Source: an uncultured Hormoscilla sp.
GTDB lineage: Bacteria > Cyanobacteriota > Cyanobacteriia > Cyanobacteriales > Desertifilaceae
Assembly (NCBI GenBank): GCA_963921275.4
Contig: OZ001293.3
Coordinates: forward strand, 1,376,001 to 1,440,000
Reading direction: 5' to 3'
Length of the DNA stretch: 64,000 nt
Shown: positions 11,439-22,159 of the stretch, piece by piece
Numbering within the stretch: the stretch's first letter is position 1
Layout of the letters: every line of letters starts with the position of its first letter
Program-made: the position numbers and the translations under genes
The notes under the pieces: model-generated
Database searches by the model: none
The model's input: only the letters and a program-made list of their open reading frames with translations
What the model was told of the DNA's origin: nothing

Positions 11439-11996
11439 GTGCGATGAGTTCTAGCCTAACGTGTAAACACGGAACGCTAGCCTAGGAAACTAGGAACTCT
11501 GGTATTCATGGGGGTTAAATTCCCGTGCGATGAGTTCCAGCCTAACGTAGTCATATACGGAACGCTGGCCTAGGAAACTAGGAACTCTGGTAATCATGGG
11601 GGTTTAATTCCCCCTCCCCAGGTACAGGGGTAACCGCGTGAGGTGCTGCGAAGTAACATCATCGTGGTGCCAAGCGAGGACTCAAATGTAGGATAACTGG
11701 CGGCGAAATAAGGCTATATGCGCCGGACCAAAATGGTGACGTAGTTAGTACTAACGGTAGCGATTCGTCTTTTTCGTACTCAGATAACTACCGGGGTATA
11801 GTAGGAACCTAAAAGCGTCGCCCTCCGGATACTAGGGAACGAAGTAACCTCTCGTGAGCTGTCCAATAGGACCAGTCAGATGTGAAGCGCAAGCCACGGG
11901 TGGGAAAGATGGCCTCAGAAGCTAATGCCCAGGGTAATGTCTGTGGATAGGCTGACGTCGGTCGGTGATAGTAGGAAGTCTCGGGCAAAAGTAGCT
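11439..11996 (+). mobile_element. Deleted copy of the group II twintron (outer 5' end, inner 5' end, outer domain I-III part)
   Basis: GTGCG at 11439 and 11525; 11439-11701 matches 52599-52861 and 11702-11996 matches 53761-54055; lacks domains V/VI. Confidence 0.9.
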
Positions 11997-12493
11997 AAAT
12001 CTGCAAATATTTGATCCACGTTAGCACCCGTCTTTGCCGACGTCGGAAATATCCCTAGCACTTGTTCTCGATCGGCAAATTTGTTGGCTTGCAATATTTT
12101 TTCCATTTTTTCTGAATCAATCAGGTCTGCTTTATTCAAAGCAATTATCATGAACCTTTTCTGATTGACTGATAAAAATAGCTTAATATGCTCTGGCAGA
12201 CTTTCTATCGTTTGCGGGCGACTGACATCAACAACTATGATTGCCCCCTTAGCCCCCAGCAAATAACTAGGAGCGATCGCCTTAAATTTTGTCTGACCTT
12301 CTATATCCCATATTAGCATCTGCAAATTTTTCTGCTCTCCTTTTTCACTGGTTACTTCTACCTCCTTCCGGGATATTTTCACCCCCACCGTTGACAGATA
12401 CTTATCACTAAACTGGCGGTCTACAAACCTGCGAATCAGGCTCGTCTTTCCCACACTAAAGTCACCTATCATACATATTTTTTTAGATATCAT
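11915..12493 (-). CDS. Small Ras/Rab-like GTPase; native C-terminus replaced by antisense intron sequence
   Basis: G1 GDFSVGKTS, G2 STVG, G3 WDIEG, G4 NKAD, G5 SAK; residues after ...IFADLA are read from intron DNA (11915-11996). Confidence 0.88.
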   Translation of the reverse strand: MISKKICMIGDFSVGKTSLIRRFVDRQFSDKYLSTVGVKISRKEVEVTSEKGEQKNLQMLIWDIEGQTKFKAIAPSYLLGAKGAIIVVDVSRPQTIESLPEHIKLFLSVNQKRFMIIALNKADLIDSEKMEKILQANKFADREQVLGIFPTSAKTGANVDQIFADLATFARDFLLSPTDVSLSTDITLGISF

Positions 12494-12500
12494 CCTTTAC

Positions 12501-15500
12501 CTACTCTCCTTTCCCTACTGGCATAAACATTTCAAATCTAACACATCTACTCAACTCTGGCGGTGAAGAATCCTTCACATCCGGCGGTGATTTTGCCGTT
12601 CCAAAAACTTGCAATCGCCGTGGATCCACCCCCATACTTTCCAGAGCCCTTTTCACGACGAGCGCCCGCTGGAGAGACAACTGCTGGTTTTTCGCCCGAG
12701 AACCAATTTTATCACTATGACCTATCACCATCAGATGGATTTCTGGATATTCATCCATAAACTCCTTAATCTTCACCAGTTTGCCAGACCGCGATCCTGG
12801 GTGTAACTCTGCTGAGCCCAAATCAAAGTATAGCCGGCTATCAAGGGGATTTACCTTTAATTTTAACGTGCTGAAGACACTGCTCACCCCGGGAATTTCC
12901 TCAAGTGCCTGAGGAATTTGCTGAGCATCTTCCACCTCAAACACCCTTCCCTGCACCGTCACATTCTCCGCCTCGTAAAGGGTTGAAATCGAGACCCCCT
13001 CCCTTTGATTGAGCATTTTTGTCACCCGTTCCACTTCTTTCGCTGCCAACACCGGGTCTGGCGGCACCTCTACAGCGATTATTTGATTGTCCACCTCCAC
13101 CGCTGGCACCTGATTTTTGGCGATCACCTCTGCTTTTAAGCGCAGATACTGATTTGGCACTCGTCCTTTCAGGATCAAAGTTTCTTTTGAAGCGGATGCC
13201 GCGATGTTATATACGGATAATTCCGGTGCTGAGGCTAATGCCGCCGTCGTTTGCTCCTCTAGAAGCCGGTCTATACTGGAGCGATGCTGATGAATTCCCC
13301 AAGGTAGTAGCACCGCACTCAATACTGCTACTCCTATCACCAGTAATGTCGTAGGAGGTTTAAATGCTTTATCTTTTGAGCCAGTTTGCAGTAGTTTTTC
13401 TATAAGCTGCACTACTTGCTCTGGTATTGTAGCCGGACCTCCATCAAATTCAGAAACCTGTTTACCGTAACGCTGTACAATTGTGCCCAGTGTTTGCCTG
13501 ATCTGAACGAGCAACTGCTTAGAGGGTTCGCCCTTAACTACTACTGCCAGGTATGAGTATCCCGCCACTTCCAAGATAATTTTCGATTCTCCATAGTCGA
13601 TCGCATCCAGTTCCGACATTTCCCCCGACTGCACGATACAATCGTTGACAAAACTGCGGATCTCCGTCAGCATTCCCGCCACCATTTCCGACTCCATTCT
13701 CTGTTCTGATTCCGGTTGCGCTTCTGCTATCACTAGACCTGATTCTTTGTGAATTAAAAATACCGCCTGAGTCGCAAATGCTTTTGACTCTTGAAGAATC
13801 AATTCCGCTTCTGATACTCCTTGCATCGTCGCCCTAATCTTGTGCTTAATTCCCTCTGGAGATAGAGCGTTTTCCACATTTTCATTAATAGAGCAAATTA
13901 CGTCTGCCATGTATTTAGAAATCGTGCTGCCTATCACCGGATATAGAGCATCCACCATCGAGTCTCGTTCTAGTTCTATTTGGGCTTTTATGGCCCTACC
14001 CATCTCGGGGGCTAGCACTTCTGAGATCGAGTCTCGCTGAATTCTCATCTGTTCTTTGATGGCAGCACTCATTTCCGGCCCGATCGCCTTCGCTATTTCC
14101 TCTGGAGAGTTTTGGATCTGTTTAGAAATTGCTCCTGGCAGTAAATCTGCCAGAGCCGCACTCATTGCTTCCCTGTCCTCTCTACTTCGTTGCTCAATTA
14201 CCTTATCTATTATCGGTACAATTACCCGAATACTTTCTTCTTGGGATATGGTCAGATCCATGCCCACCAGTTCAGACACCAAAGGCATCAATGGATTTAT
14301 TACCCCTGTTTGACGCTCAACATCTGCCAATTTTTGTTCTATCTTGGCAATTACTGCACGCAAATCATCCGATTCTAACCCTGCTATAGTTCCTAGGGAA
14401 CTTGCTGCGGTCTTAACTAAACTCTCTACTTCTGGTTCTGCTGGTTGACTTTCGGATATCTCCTCCGAGGATATCCCTGGCCTTTCAGCCGCATTTTCGC
14501 TTGCGACCGATATCTCTGCTGCTTGCGGTGAGCGAAGTCGAACCGATGAATCTCCTTCTGATTCGGACTGCTGTCTTTCTGATACCTCCTCTATCTCGCT
14601 TGCCACCGATCTACTTACTGCTTTTTCTACCTTTTGTTTTGTTCCTGGCTCTTGTGATGGTTGTTTTTCTTGTTTGGGACGCCCAGTTAATAGGTTTCCT
14701 AGAGCTTCCAGGGAAGCCGCTAAATTTTCGACATTTTCTACATCATACTCTGAGCTAACTTGGGAAGCAGATCGATCCTCTGAGCGTTCATCTGACTCTC
14801 TTATGGGAGTCCTCTGGGAATATGGCCTCACTAATTGCTCCTCCGTCACCAATATTTCCGAGGCCACTTCTGGTGATGACCAACTTTTACGGCGATGTGG
14901 GACTGATGCACTTTCCAATTCCGCCTGCATCACCAGTAATTCTTCTGAGGATACTGTATCCGTAGACTGACTGCCACTTTTTTCTACCTGCTGGTGCTGC
15001 GGGGTAGTTTGGGTCGTGCCCAATAACAGACTGCTTAAAGCTTCCAGGGCTTTAACTGCCTCATTATCTCCGGGATGTTGAGAATAGCTCGATCCTGTTG
15101 CCCCCGCCTGATGGACTGAATTATCTGGACTAGCAGTTGAGCGCTGTCGATCTGGCTGTTTTTCCCCTTTACGGGCCTCTGTCCCATATCCTACATAACT
15201 GCTCCGGAATCGCACAGCCCGATCGTCTGTGCCCAACTGCCATAATTTTTCGGACCGCCCCGTTGCGTATGAGCCAGTTCCTACCCCCTTTTCTGTCCTA
15301 GGTCTGTCCCGATTGGACTTTAACATCCCATCATATGGCGATCGCCCTGCTTGCGAGCTAGCTGAGTACTGGTCTGACGACTCTTTTGCCGATGATGACT
15401 GCCGCTCAGTAAATTCCAAGCCCAGCAACAAACTCACCAAACCTTCCAGCTGAGCTGCTGCCTTCCGATCCGACAGCAACCCATCCTGTTGACTCAAGCT

Positions 15501-15527
15501 TGCCTGATTTTGTTTTGAGGTCGCCAT
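12501..15527 (-). CDS. Large membrane protein: disordered N-terminus, helical repeats, roadblock/longin-like domain, TM, BON, OmpA-like C-terminal domain
   Basis: OmpA motifs LYFDLGS..L, VIGHSDKIGS...NQQLSLQRA; BON-like LILKGRVPN and VTVQGRV; TM LLVIGVAVLSAVLLPWG; VFLIHKESGLVIA...VAGMLTEIRSF. Confidence 0.8.
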   Translation of the reverse strand: MATSKQNQASLSQQDGLLSDRKAAAQLEGLVSLLLGLEFTERQSSSAKESSDQYSASSQAGRSPYDGMLKSNRDRPRTEKGVGTGSYATGRSEKLWQLGTDDRAVRFRSSYVGYGTEARKGEKQPDRQRSTASPDNSVHQAGATGSSYSQHPGDNEAVKALEALSSLLLGTTQTTPQHQQVEKSGSQSTDTVSSEELLVMQAELESASVPHRRKSWSSPEVASEILVTEEQLVRPYSQRTPIRESDERSEDRSASQVSSEYDVENVENLAASLEALGNLLTGRPKQEKQPSQEPGTKQKVEKAVSRSVASEIEEVSERQQSESEGDSSVRLRSPQAAEISVASENAAERPGISSEEISESQPAEPEVESLVKTAASSLGTIAGLESDDLRAVIAKIEQKLADVERQTGVINPLMPLVSELVGMDLTISQEESIRVIVPIIDKVIEQRSREDREAMSAALADLLPGAISKQIQNSPEEIAKAIGPEMSAAIKEQMRIQRDSISEVLAPEMGRAIKAQIELERDSMVDALYPVIGSTISKYMADVICSINENVENALSPEGIKHKIRATMQGVSEAELILQESKAFATQAVFLIHKESGLVIAEAQPESEQRMESEMVAGMLTEIRSFVNDCIVQSGEMSELDAIDYGESKIILEVAGYSYLAVVVKGEPSKQLLVQIRQTLGTIVQRYGKQVSEFDGGPATIPEQVVQLIEKLLQTGSKDKAFKPPTTLLVIGVAVLSAVLLPWGIHQHRSSIDRLLEEQTTAALASAPELSVYNIAASASKETLILKGRVPNQYLRLKAEVIAKNQVPAVEVDNQIIAVEVPPDPVLAAKEVERVTKMLNQREGVSISTLYEAENVTVQGRVFEVEDAQQIPQALEEIPGVSSVFSTLKLKVNPLDSRLYFDLGSAELHPGSRSGKLVKIKEFMDEYPEIHLMVIGHSDKIGSRAKNQQLSLQRALVVKRALESMGVDPRRLQVFGTAKSPPDVKDSSPPELSRCVRFEMFMPVGKGE

Positions 15528-15629
15528 AAGCCGCCATCCCTACCCTTGGGTTGTTCAATCAACCATTATAGCAACATTGGTTCCACTTGTGTCACCTTGC
15601 CACCAGAAGAGTGAAAGTCCCCCATGGGT

Positions 15630-16235
15630 TTATTTTTGTTCTGGTAACAATAAATCTGCTTTCACATTATAATTTCCTGACCCTTCCAGTTCCGGGAGAA
15701 ATTCATTTTTCTTTACCCGCATACACAGCTCAAACAGTATTTCTGCCATATCGTCTCGTCCCACCTTGCTTTCTTTTAAACTAGACAAGCGTTTTTCCAG
15801 TTTATCGGCAATTTCATTCCTCAGACTCTGAATATCTTTTTCTAGCTTTTCTTGCGCTTGATTTACTTCCCCCTTCACCGAGTTAATCTGAGAGCCAATC
15901 AGCTTATTTAGGGAATCGATACTCTCTGATACATTCTTGTCCTTCCCTTCTAGATCTTGCCTCATATCAGTGAGTTCTTCATTAGTCGTTATGCTGATAT
16001 ACTGGATTTTTTTCTCCAGAGAATACATAGTTGACCGCAGTTCTGTCGAGAGAGTATCGTTGAGTTGATTCAGGCGATCGCGCATTTCCTGCTGGAGAGC
16101 CGACAAGCTTGACTCTAGCTTATTCAGGCGAGTTTCATAGTCTCGCTGCTGCTTACCGAACAGCAAATCGCGAATTTGGTCAACATTTCCCAGTCTATCT
16201 CGCATTTCGTCTTGTGAGATATTATCACTCATCAA
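15630..16235 (-). CDS. Coiled-coil protein, first gene of the OmpA/GTPase operon
   Basis: LGNVDQIRDLLFG N-terminal motif, heptad-rich, co-oriented with the two downstream genes. Confidence 0.7.
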   Translation of the reverse strand: MMSDNISQDEMRDRLGNVDQIRDLLFGKQQRDYETRLNKLESSLSALQQEMRDRLNQLNDTLSTELRSTMYSLEKKIQYISITTNEELTDMRQDLEGKDKNVSESIDSLNKLIGSQINSVKGEVNQAQEKLEKDIQSLRNEIADKLEKRLSSLKESKVGRDDMAEILFELCMRVKKNEFLPELEGSGNYNVKADLLLPEQK

Positions 16236-16276
16236 TTTACCTCCCTGGTAGTCAAGTCAAAACTCAGTTGTCCGTT

Positions 16277-16366
16277 GCCTAGCGTGTAGGACGGGCAGAT
16301 CGCCTGTCCGTCAGTTGTTTTTTAGCCTAGCGTGTAGGACGGGCAGATCGCCTGTCCGTCAGTTGT
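16277..16366. repeat. Tandem pair of GTAG-tagged REP-like palindromes
   Basis: 42-bp unit gcctagcgtGTAGGACGGGCagatcGCCTGTCCgtcagttgt twice; related copies at about 7269, 8409-8460, 10541, 27540-27670 and 44552. Confidence 0.8.
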
Positions 16367-16607
16367 CCGTTGTCAGGAATTGTTGGGCATAAATGCTCAC
16401 AGAGTAAGGGGTTAAGCAAATTTTACGACTACAGAGCGCTCAAAACTTATGTATGACTACTTAATCACTGCTCGCGAACCCCGCCCTTGGATTAGTCCAG
16501 CCAGAGAGCGTACCAGTAAATCACTCAAGTTCTCTTTTAGATTTAAAATGCCAAATCAGTTCCAGGGGTTGGGAAGATTTCTCACCACTAGACCAAGGAT
16601 AATGTAG

Positions 16608-17765
16608 TCAAACACTCATCAAGGGCTGGATCTGCCCCGCCTGGACCAAAAGAATTTGGCAATTTTGCAGCCACGCTGCATCAAATGCCCCCAGGTGGGT
16701 TGTAGTAATCAGGGTTTGAAAGCGATCGCCAATCGCCTCCAGCAGCTGATTTTGCCGGTTTAAGTCCAATTCAGCTAGCACGTCATCCAGCAACAGCAGG
16801 GGTGACTCACCTGCTACCTCTGAAATCAGTTTCAGTTCTGCCAGTTTCAAAGCCAGCACCAGGGTCCGTTGTTGCCCTTGGGAACCATATTGCCGCGCCT
16901 TAGAATCGTCTATCGTCAACTCTAATTCGTCGCGGTGAGGACCAACGAGGGATGTCCCCTGGTACTTTTCCGCCATAGCCCTTTGCTGAATTTCCTCCAA
17001 AAAAGCTTGCTGTACTTCTGCTGGAGGGGAACGGGAGTCTCCTGGCCAGGGGACATTGGGAGCGTACTGCACCTTCAGAACCTCTTGAGAACCGCTGATA
17101 TCGGAGTGCCACGCAACAGCAATGGGGGCTAGCCGTTCTATTACCCTCGCGCGACGCCGCATCAAGCGAGAACCAATAGTTGCCAGTTGAGCATCCCAAA
17201 TCGCCAATTCTGAGTGGTTGGTCAAATCAGGGGACTGCTGAAAATTTTTCAACAGTTTGTTGCGCTGGCGCAAGACTTGGTTGTATTGTGCCAAAAAATG
17301 GGCATAGACTGGTTCCAGCTGGGTCAACAAAGTATCCAGCATGGTGCGACGCCGTTCAGGGCTACCGCGCACCAGTTCCAGATCGAGGCTAGAGAATTGT
17401 ACCACATTCAGGACGCCCAAGAAATCCAGCTGTCGCCGCGGGGATTCGTCATTGAGGGCAACAGTTCGGCATCCGTTGCTGCGGAGGAGGAGTTTGAGGT
17501 CCACTGAGCCTGTCTCTCGCTCCAAACTGCCGGTTATTTGCCCGCTAGCAGACTGGGAACCTTTATCCTGGGAGTGCCAGATCAAGTCCCGATCGCGAGA
17601 TGTTCGGTGAGATCTGAGAGTTGAGAGTAATTCCACAGCTTCCAGGAGATTCGACTTTCCCTGAGCATTATCCCCCACTAAGATAATTTTGGCAGCGTCA
17701 AAGCCGACTTGTTGATCCAGGTAGTTACGAAAATGTCTGAGGTGCAGCGTTTTCAGGTACATCAA
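16608..17765 (-). CDS. recF: DNA replication/repair protein RecF
   Basis: GDNAQGKSNLLEA, GPHRDE, GSQGQQR, LLLLDDVLAELD. Confidence 0.96.
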   Translation of the reverse strand: MMYLKTLHLRHFRNYLDQQVGFDAAKIILVGDNAQGKSNLLEAVELLSTLRSHRTSRDRDLIWHSQDKGSQSASGQITGSLERETGSVDLKLLLRSNGCRTVALNDESPRRQLDFLGVLNVVQFSSLDLELVRGSPERRRTMLDTLLTQLEPVYAHFLAQYNQVLRQRNKLLKNFQQSPDLTNHSELAIWDAQLATIGSRLMRRRARVIERLAPIAVAWHSDISGSQEVLKVQYAPNVPWPGDSRSPPAEVQQAFLEEIQQRAMAEKYQGTSLVGPHRDELELTIDDSKARQYGSQGQQRTLVLALKLAELKLISEVAGESPLLLLDDVLAELDLNRQNQLLEAIGDRFQTLITTTHLGAFDAAWLQNCQILLVQAGQIQPLMSV

Positions 17766-17818
17766 AAGCTATGGGTATAGGGCCTGGGACAACAACTTTT
17801 TGTCGCGTCCGAGCGCAA

Positions 17819-18700
17819 TTACGATCTCGAACTGGGGACTAAAACTGGTAAAATATCAGGAATGACTCGGAAGTGGGCTGGAGTTTTAGTAGTAATTTCA
17901 CCATCTGTATTGATAGAAATAGGCTTCTGAGTTAAAACTTCCATTTCTGTGCCTTCTAGAGTCAAGACTTTAGATATATTCCCCAGACGTCCTTGCCTTA
18001 AAGCAGGCAGTAAGGTAAACATTTCCCACCAGTGGTTAATCCCCAGACTGTAAAGGTCCAAACGCTGGTCGTCGATCGCCGCATCGGAGGCGATCGCCAT
18101 GCCTCCCCCATAATATAGGCCGTTCCCTACGGCAATTTGCACGGTTTTCACCTGGATAGACTGGCCATTACAGCGAATTTCGGCTCGAAAATGGCGAGAT
18201 CGGACCAGTACCCCTATAGCGGCGATCACATAGGCCAGAACTCCCCAGCGTCGCTTGACTTGTTTATTCAGACGGCGGGTGATGTTTACAGACAGCCCCA
18301 TACTGGCCACATTAAAGTAATGCTTTCCATTTACCCAACCCAAGTCTATATAATGTCGTTTACCCGCAGCGATCGTCTGGCAAGCTGCCTGTATAGACAG
18401 AGGAATCTTTAAGGTCCGGGCCAGGTCATTAGCAGTTCCCATCGGCAAAATGCCCAAGGGCAGCTGGGTATCAACCAGAGCATCTACAGCCGTATTCATG
18501 GTACCATCGCCACCACCAATAATCACCAAATCTACCTTATCCTGGTGCTGACGAATCACTTCCGGGATTTCCCCGGGGTGATAGACCGGTTCCTCCACCA
18601 GTTCAAAGCCGTATCGCCGCAGGTGGACGATCGCCTCTATGCGGTTTTTCCTGCCTTGGCGAGAGAGACGATTGACAAAAAACAGTGCTCGCTGGTTCAT
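17819..18700 (-). CDS. Lipid kinase, diacylglycerol kinase (YegS/BmrU) family
   Basis: GGGDGT, LPMGTANDLAR, NGLYYGGG, TDGE motifs. Confidence 0.9.
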   Translation of the reverse strand: MNQRALFFVNRLSRQGRKNRIEAIVHLRRYGFELVEEPVYHPGEIPEVIRQHQDKVDLVIIGGGDGTMNTAVDALVDTQLPLGILPMGTANDLARTLKIPLSIQAACQTIAAGKRHYIDLGWVNGKHYFNVASMGLSVNITRRLNKQVKRRWGVLAYVIAAIGVLVRSRHFRAEIRCNGQSIQVKTVQIAVGNGLYYGGGMAIASDAAIDDQRLDLYSLGINHWWEMFTLLPALRQGRLGNISKVLTLEGTEMEVLTQKPISINTDGEITTKTPAHFRVIPDILPVLVPSSRS

Positions 18701-18850
18701 ATTATAGAGACATGCTCTCGGCATGGAAATCGCCACTACCATCGCGGCGATCGCCCTAGCGGTCTTCTATATTTTATCTTGTTGAACGAGATGTTAACCA
18801 GGGTCAACCCATCCGGTGGTTTGTAGTAAGGACTTTAGTCCTTACCACCA

Positions 18851-20638
18851 TTACATCCTCTCCAAAACCGAAATTCCCAACAAAGATAACCCCAACTTCA
18901 GGGTTCTCGCCGTCAGGTCGCACAGCAGCAAGCGGGAATTCCGCTCTCGGTCAGCCGCCTTCAGTACTGGACAGCGATCATAAAACCGATTAAACTTCCC
19001 AGAGAGCACAAACAAATATTGACACAGGCGGTTAGGCATTAAATCAGCTTCCACAGCAAAGATAACTTCCGACAGTTGCAACAAATGCTTCGCCAGCACC
19101 AACTCAGTCGGTTCTGACAATAGAAAATTCGTTTTCCTATCCTCACCCAGTTGGGAAAAATCAATCTCACCCTTACGACTAATCCCCTGAATCCGGACAT
19201 AGGCATAAAGTAGATAAGGTGCCGTATTTCCTTGCAGGGAGAGCATCTTGTCGTAGCTAAAGATGTAATTGCTAGTGCGGTTCTGACTCAGATCGGCGTA
19301 TTTAACTGCACTCATGCCCACTACTTTGGCCACCTGAGCTTTGAACTCCTCAGTTTCGGTGCGTTCGCGTAGCGTGCGCGCAGCGCAATCTTCTGCCGCT
19401 AGTCTAGATTCTAGGTCAGCCCCAGCCCGGGCGATCGCCTCATCCAGCAAATCCCGCAGTCGCACAGTTTCCCCGGAACGAGTTTTCAGCTTCTTACCAT
19501 CTTCTCCCTGGACGAGACCAAAAGGAACATGAACCACATCTACCTGTTCCGTCAGCCAATTAGCACGTCGTGCTACCTGAAACACCTGAGAAAAGTGAGC
19601 AGCCTGACCAGCATCTGTAACATAGATAATCCTATCAGCTCCGTCCTCGCCTATCCGATAGCGTAAGGCTGCCAAATCTGTAGTAGCGTAATTATAGCCT
19701 CCATCAGACTTTTGGACGATCAAAGGTAATGGCGAGCCAGCCTTATTAGTAAAGCCTTCCAGAAAAACGCACTGGGCACCAGCATCCTCTTCAAGCAAAC
19801 CCAGCCGATCCAGGTCCGCCACGACAGCTGGTAAAAACGGATTATAGAAAGACTCTCCCCGTTCCGTCAGTTGCACCCCGAGGCGATCGTAAATCACCTG
19901 AAACTCCCGTCGGGACTGATCGCAGAGCAACTGCCAGGCCCGACGGGTATCTTCTGCACCAGCTTGCAGCTGCACCACTTCCTGCTGGGAAGTTTCCTTA
20001 AATGCTGCATCGGCGTCGAACCGGTGCTTCGCCTGTTTGTAAAAGGTAACTAAATCTCCCAAGTCCAGGGCGTCAGCGGTAGTCAGGGCCTGTGGGTAAG
20101 CTTCTCGCAGATAAGAGATCAGCATCCCGAACTGAGTTCCCCAGTCTCCGACATGATTGAGTCGCAGAACCTCGTGACCGCGAAATTCCAAAATCCTGGC
20201 AATGCAATCTCCAATAATAGTAGATCGCAGGTGACCGACATGCATCTCCTTAGCAATATTGGGGCTAGAAAAATCCACGATCGCCCGCTGGGGCTTTTTC
20301 ACCGGTGCCACCCCCAGTCGTGCATCTATATATATAGTATTCAGCTGGGCTTCCAAGTAGGCCGGTTGGAGAGTGAGATTAATAAAACCGGGGCCCGCGA
20401 TTTCTGCTGGTGCGCACAAATCGGAAATCTCTAGATGTTCTACTAGCTTTTGGGCGATATTTCTGGGCTTTTGCTGCAGTTGCTTCGTCAGAGACATGGC
20501 CACATTCGACTGGTAATCGCCAAACTTCGGATTACTGGCCAGTACTACCATTGGGTCACATCCTGCCAATTCTTCACCAAAAGCAGTAACCAAAGCCTGC
20601 TCAAATCTAGTTTTCAGCAATTCGATCGTCGAGTTCAT
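18851..20638 (-). CDS. argS: Arginine--tRNA ligase
   Basis: [23 protein letters not shown] (HIGH), [21 protein letters not shown]-terminal ERM. Confidence 0.97.
   Translation of the reverse strand: MNSTIELLKTRFEQALVTAFGEELAGCDPMVVLASNPKFGDYQSNVAMSLTKQLQQKPRNIAQKLVEHLEISDLCAPAEIAGPGFINLTLQPAYLEAQLNTIYIDARLGVAPVKKPQRAIVDFSSPNIAKEMHVGHLRSTIIGDCIARILEFRGHEVLRLNHVGDWGTQFGMLISYLREAYPQALTTADALDLGDLVTFYKQAKHRFDADAAFKETSQQEVVQLQAGAEDTRRAWQLLCDQSRREFQVIYDRLGVQLTERGESFYNPFLPAVVADLDRLGLLEEDAGAQCVFLEGFTNKAGSPLPLIVQKSDGGYNYATTDLAALRYRIGEDGADRIIYVTDAGQAAHFSQVFQVARRANWLTEQVDVVHVPFGLVQGEDGKKLKTRSGETVRLRDLLDEAIARAGADLESRLAAEDCAARTLRERTETEEFKAQVAKVVGMSAVKYADLSQNRTSNYIFSYDKMLSLQGNTAPYLLYAYVRIQGISRKGEIDFSQLGEDRKTNFLLSEPTELVLAKHLLQLSEVIFAVEADLMPNRLCQYLFVLSGKFNRFYDRCPVLKAADRERNSRLLLCDLTARTLKLGLSLLGISVLERM
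19364..19387. mobile_element. 24-bp small dispersed repeat inserted in-frame in argS at a HIP1-like GCG|ATC site
   Basis: gcg[ttcgcgtagcgtgcgcgcagcgca]atc; removal restores ...AAEDRTETEEF. Confidence 0.7.
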
Positions 20639-20783
20639 AGTTCTAGCGCTCCTGCGTCGCGCACTGCGTATCGGGCCTCACCTCCGGAACCAGAGTAACA
20701 TTGCTCACACCGTCGGTCACCCTAAAGCCTGCGGCACCCCCCAGAGGGGGACGAGGTTCGCTACGGCGCGTAGCGCTGCTGGA

Positions 20784-21650
20784 TCAGGAAAGCCGCATAC
20801 TCAAATCTAGCCAACTGGAGCGAGTAATCGGAGCACTGCTAGAAATGTAGTCTACCCCAGTTTCGGCCATAGCGCGGATATTTTCCAGAGTGACGTTGCC
20901 CGAAGCTTCGATTTTAATTCGGTCATCCCCCTTATGAATAAGCTGCACTGCCTGACGCATCATATCTACTGGCATATTGTCCAGCATGATGATATCCACT
21001 TGCTGGTGCAAAGCCTCTTCCGCCTGTTCCAATGTTTGCGTCTCTACTTCTATAGTCAAGGGAAAGGGGATTTGAGCACGAATGCGATCGATCGCCTCTG
21101 TTATACTACCGGCAGCTGCAATATGATTATCCTTAATCATCACAGCATCATCCAGACCCATGCGATGATTCCTGGCCCCACCTACGGCTGTAGCATATTT
21201 TTCGAGCACCCTCAACCCTGGCGTTGTTTTGCGGGTATCGACTAGCATCGCCAGTAGGTCGGCTATTTCCTCCACATACTGGCGGGTAAGGGTCGCAATG
21301 CCACTCAAGCGCATCACCAGATTCAAGGCCACCCGTTCTCCCATTAATAATGCCTCTAATCCACCGGACAGGCAGGCGATCGCCTCTCCTGGAGAGCACC
21401 GGTCACCCTCAGCTACTATTGCCTCAAACCTGACATCCTGGTCCAAAAGCTGGAACACCCGCTCCGCTACCGGCAATCCTGCGATCGTTCCTGATGCTTT
21501 CGCCACCCACTCCCCTCGGGCCACCACCATTTCTGGTCCCTTGAGCGCCGAAGTCGTGCGATCGCCCCTTCCAATATCCTCCAGCAACCATGATTGCAGC
21601 AGAGGGTCTAAGCCGATCCAAGGAGGTATTACTGGCGATAAATCGAGCAT
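20784..21650 (-). CDS. nadC: Nicotinate-nucleotide pyrophosphorylase (carboxylating)
   Basis: EDIGRGDRT, ERVALN, DTRKTTPG, HRMGLDDAVMIKDNH, IMLDN, EASG. Confidence 0.95.
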   Translation of the reverse strand: MLDLSPVIPPWIGLDPLLQSWLLEDIGRGDRTTSALKGPEMVVARGEWVAKASGTIAGLPVAERVFQLLDQDVRFEAIVAEGDRCSPGEAIACLSGGLEALLMGERVALNLVMRLSGIATLTRQYVEEIADLLAMLVDTRKTTPGLRVLEKYATAVGGARNHRMGLDDAVMIKDNHIAAAGSITEAIDRIRAQIPFPLTIEVETQTLEQAEEALHQQVDIIMLDNMPVDMMRQAVQLIHKGDDRIKIEASGNVTLENIRAMAETGVDYISSSAPITRSSWLDLSMRLS

Positions 21651-21739
21651 TTCAACTGCCTCCAGAACTTTTTTGGCTTTTTTCTGAATAATTTTATCGC
21701 CTCAAATCCTTACCTGTAAAGCTTTTCAGAGTTATAACC

Positions 21740-22090
21740 CACCAGACAGGCGAGCGATCGCCCGTCCCAGAGAGCACCGGTCTTCCTCAGCACATACCGG
21801 TCCAGAAGCTAGAACAATTGCAACACCACCGGCAATCATGAGAGCTTTTCTGGTGTTTTCACCAGCCACTTAGTTCGGGCCACCAGCATTTCTGGTCCCT
21901 CGATCGCCGAATTTATGCGTTATTACCTACTAACATCCTCCAGCAACCATGATTTCAGGAGAGGCTCCAAGCCTCGCCAAGTGGTTATCACCGGCGATTT
22001 ATCCAGGATTTCAACCGCCTCGGGAACTTTTTTCGCTTTTTTTCAGAAAAAATTTATCTGCTCAAACCCTTACCCAGAATGCATTTCAGA
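21740..22090 (-). pseudogene. Diverged tandem copy of nadC 5' end and upstream region
   Basis: Aligns by eye with 21361-21730 (gagagcaccggtc, caccggcaatc, atttctggtccc, tcctccagcaaccatgatt, gaacttttt). Confidence 0.75.
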
Positions 22091-22130
22091 CTTTGTAAAA
22101 AAAAAGTTTCCCAAAAACCTTAAAAAGGGG

Positions 22131-22159
22131 TTGACACTTGGAAATATAGTTGTTAAATT
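22131..22159 (+). promoter_or_regulatory. rRNA-operon sigma70 promoter (orphan copy)
   Basis: TTGACA-17 bp-TAAATT with upstream A-tracts; near-identical to 39229-39257. Confidence 0.8.

Noticed and set aside
7591..21687. Long antisense ORFs over dnaJ, dnaK, the OmpA gene, recF and nadC
   Set aside because: Shadow frames of well-supported genes with no recognisable motifs.
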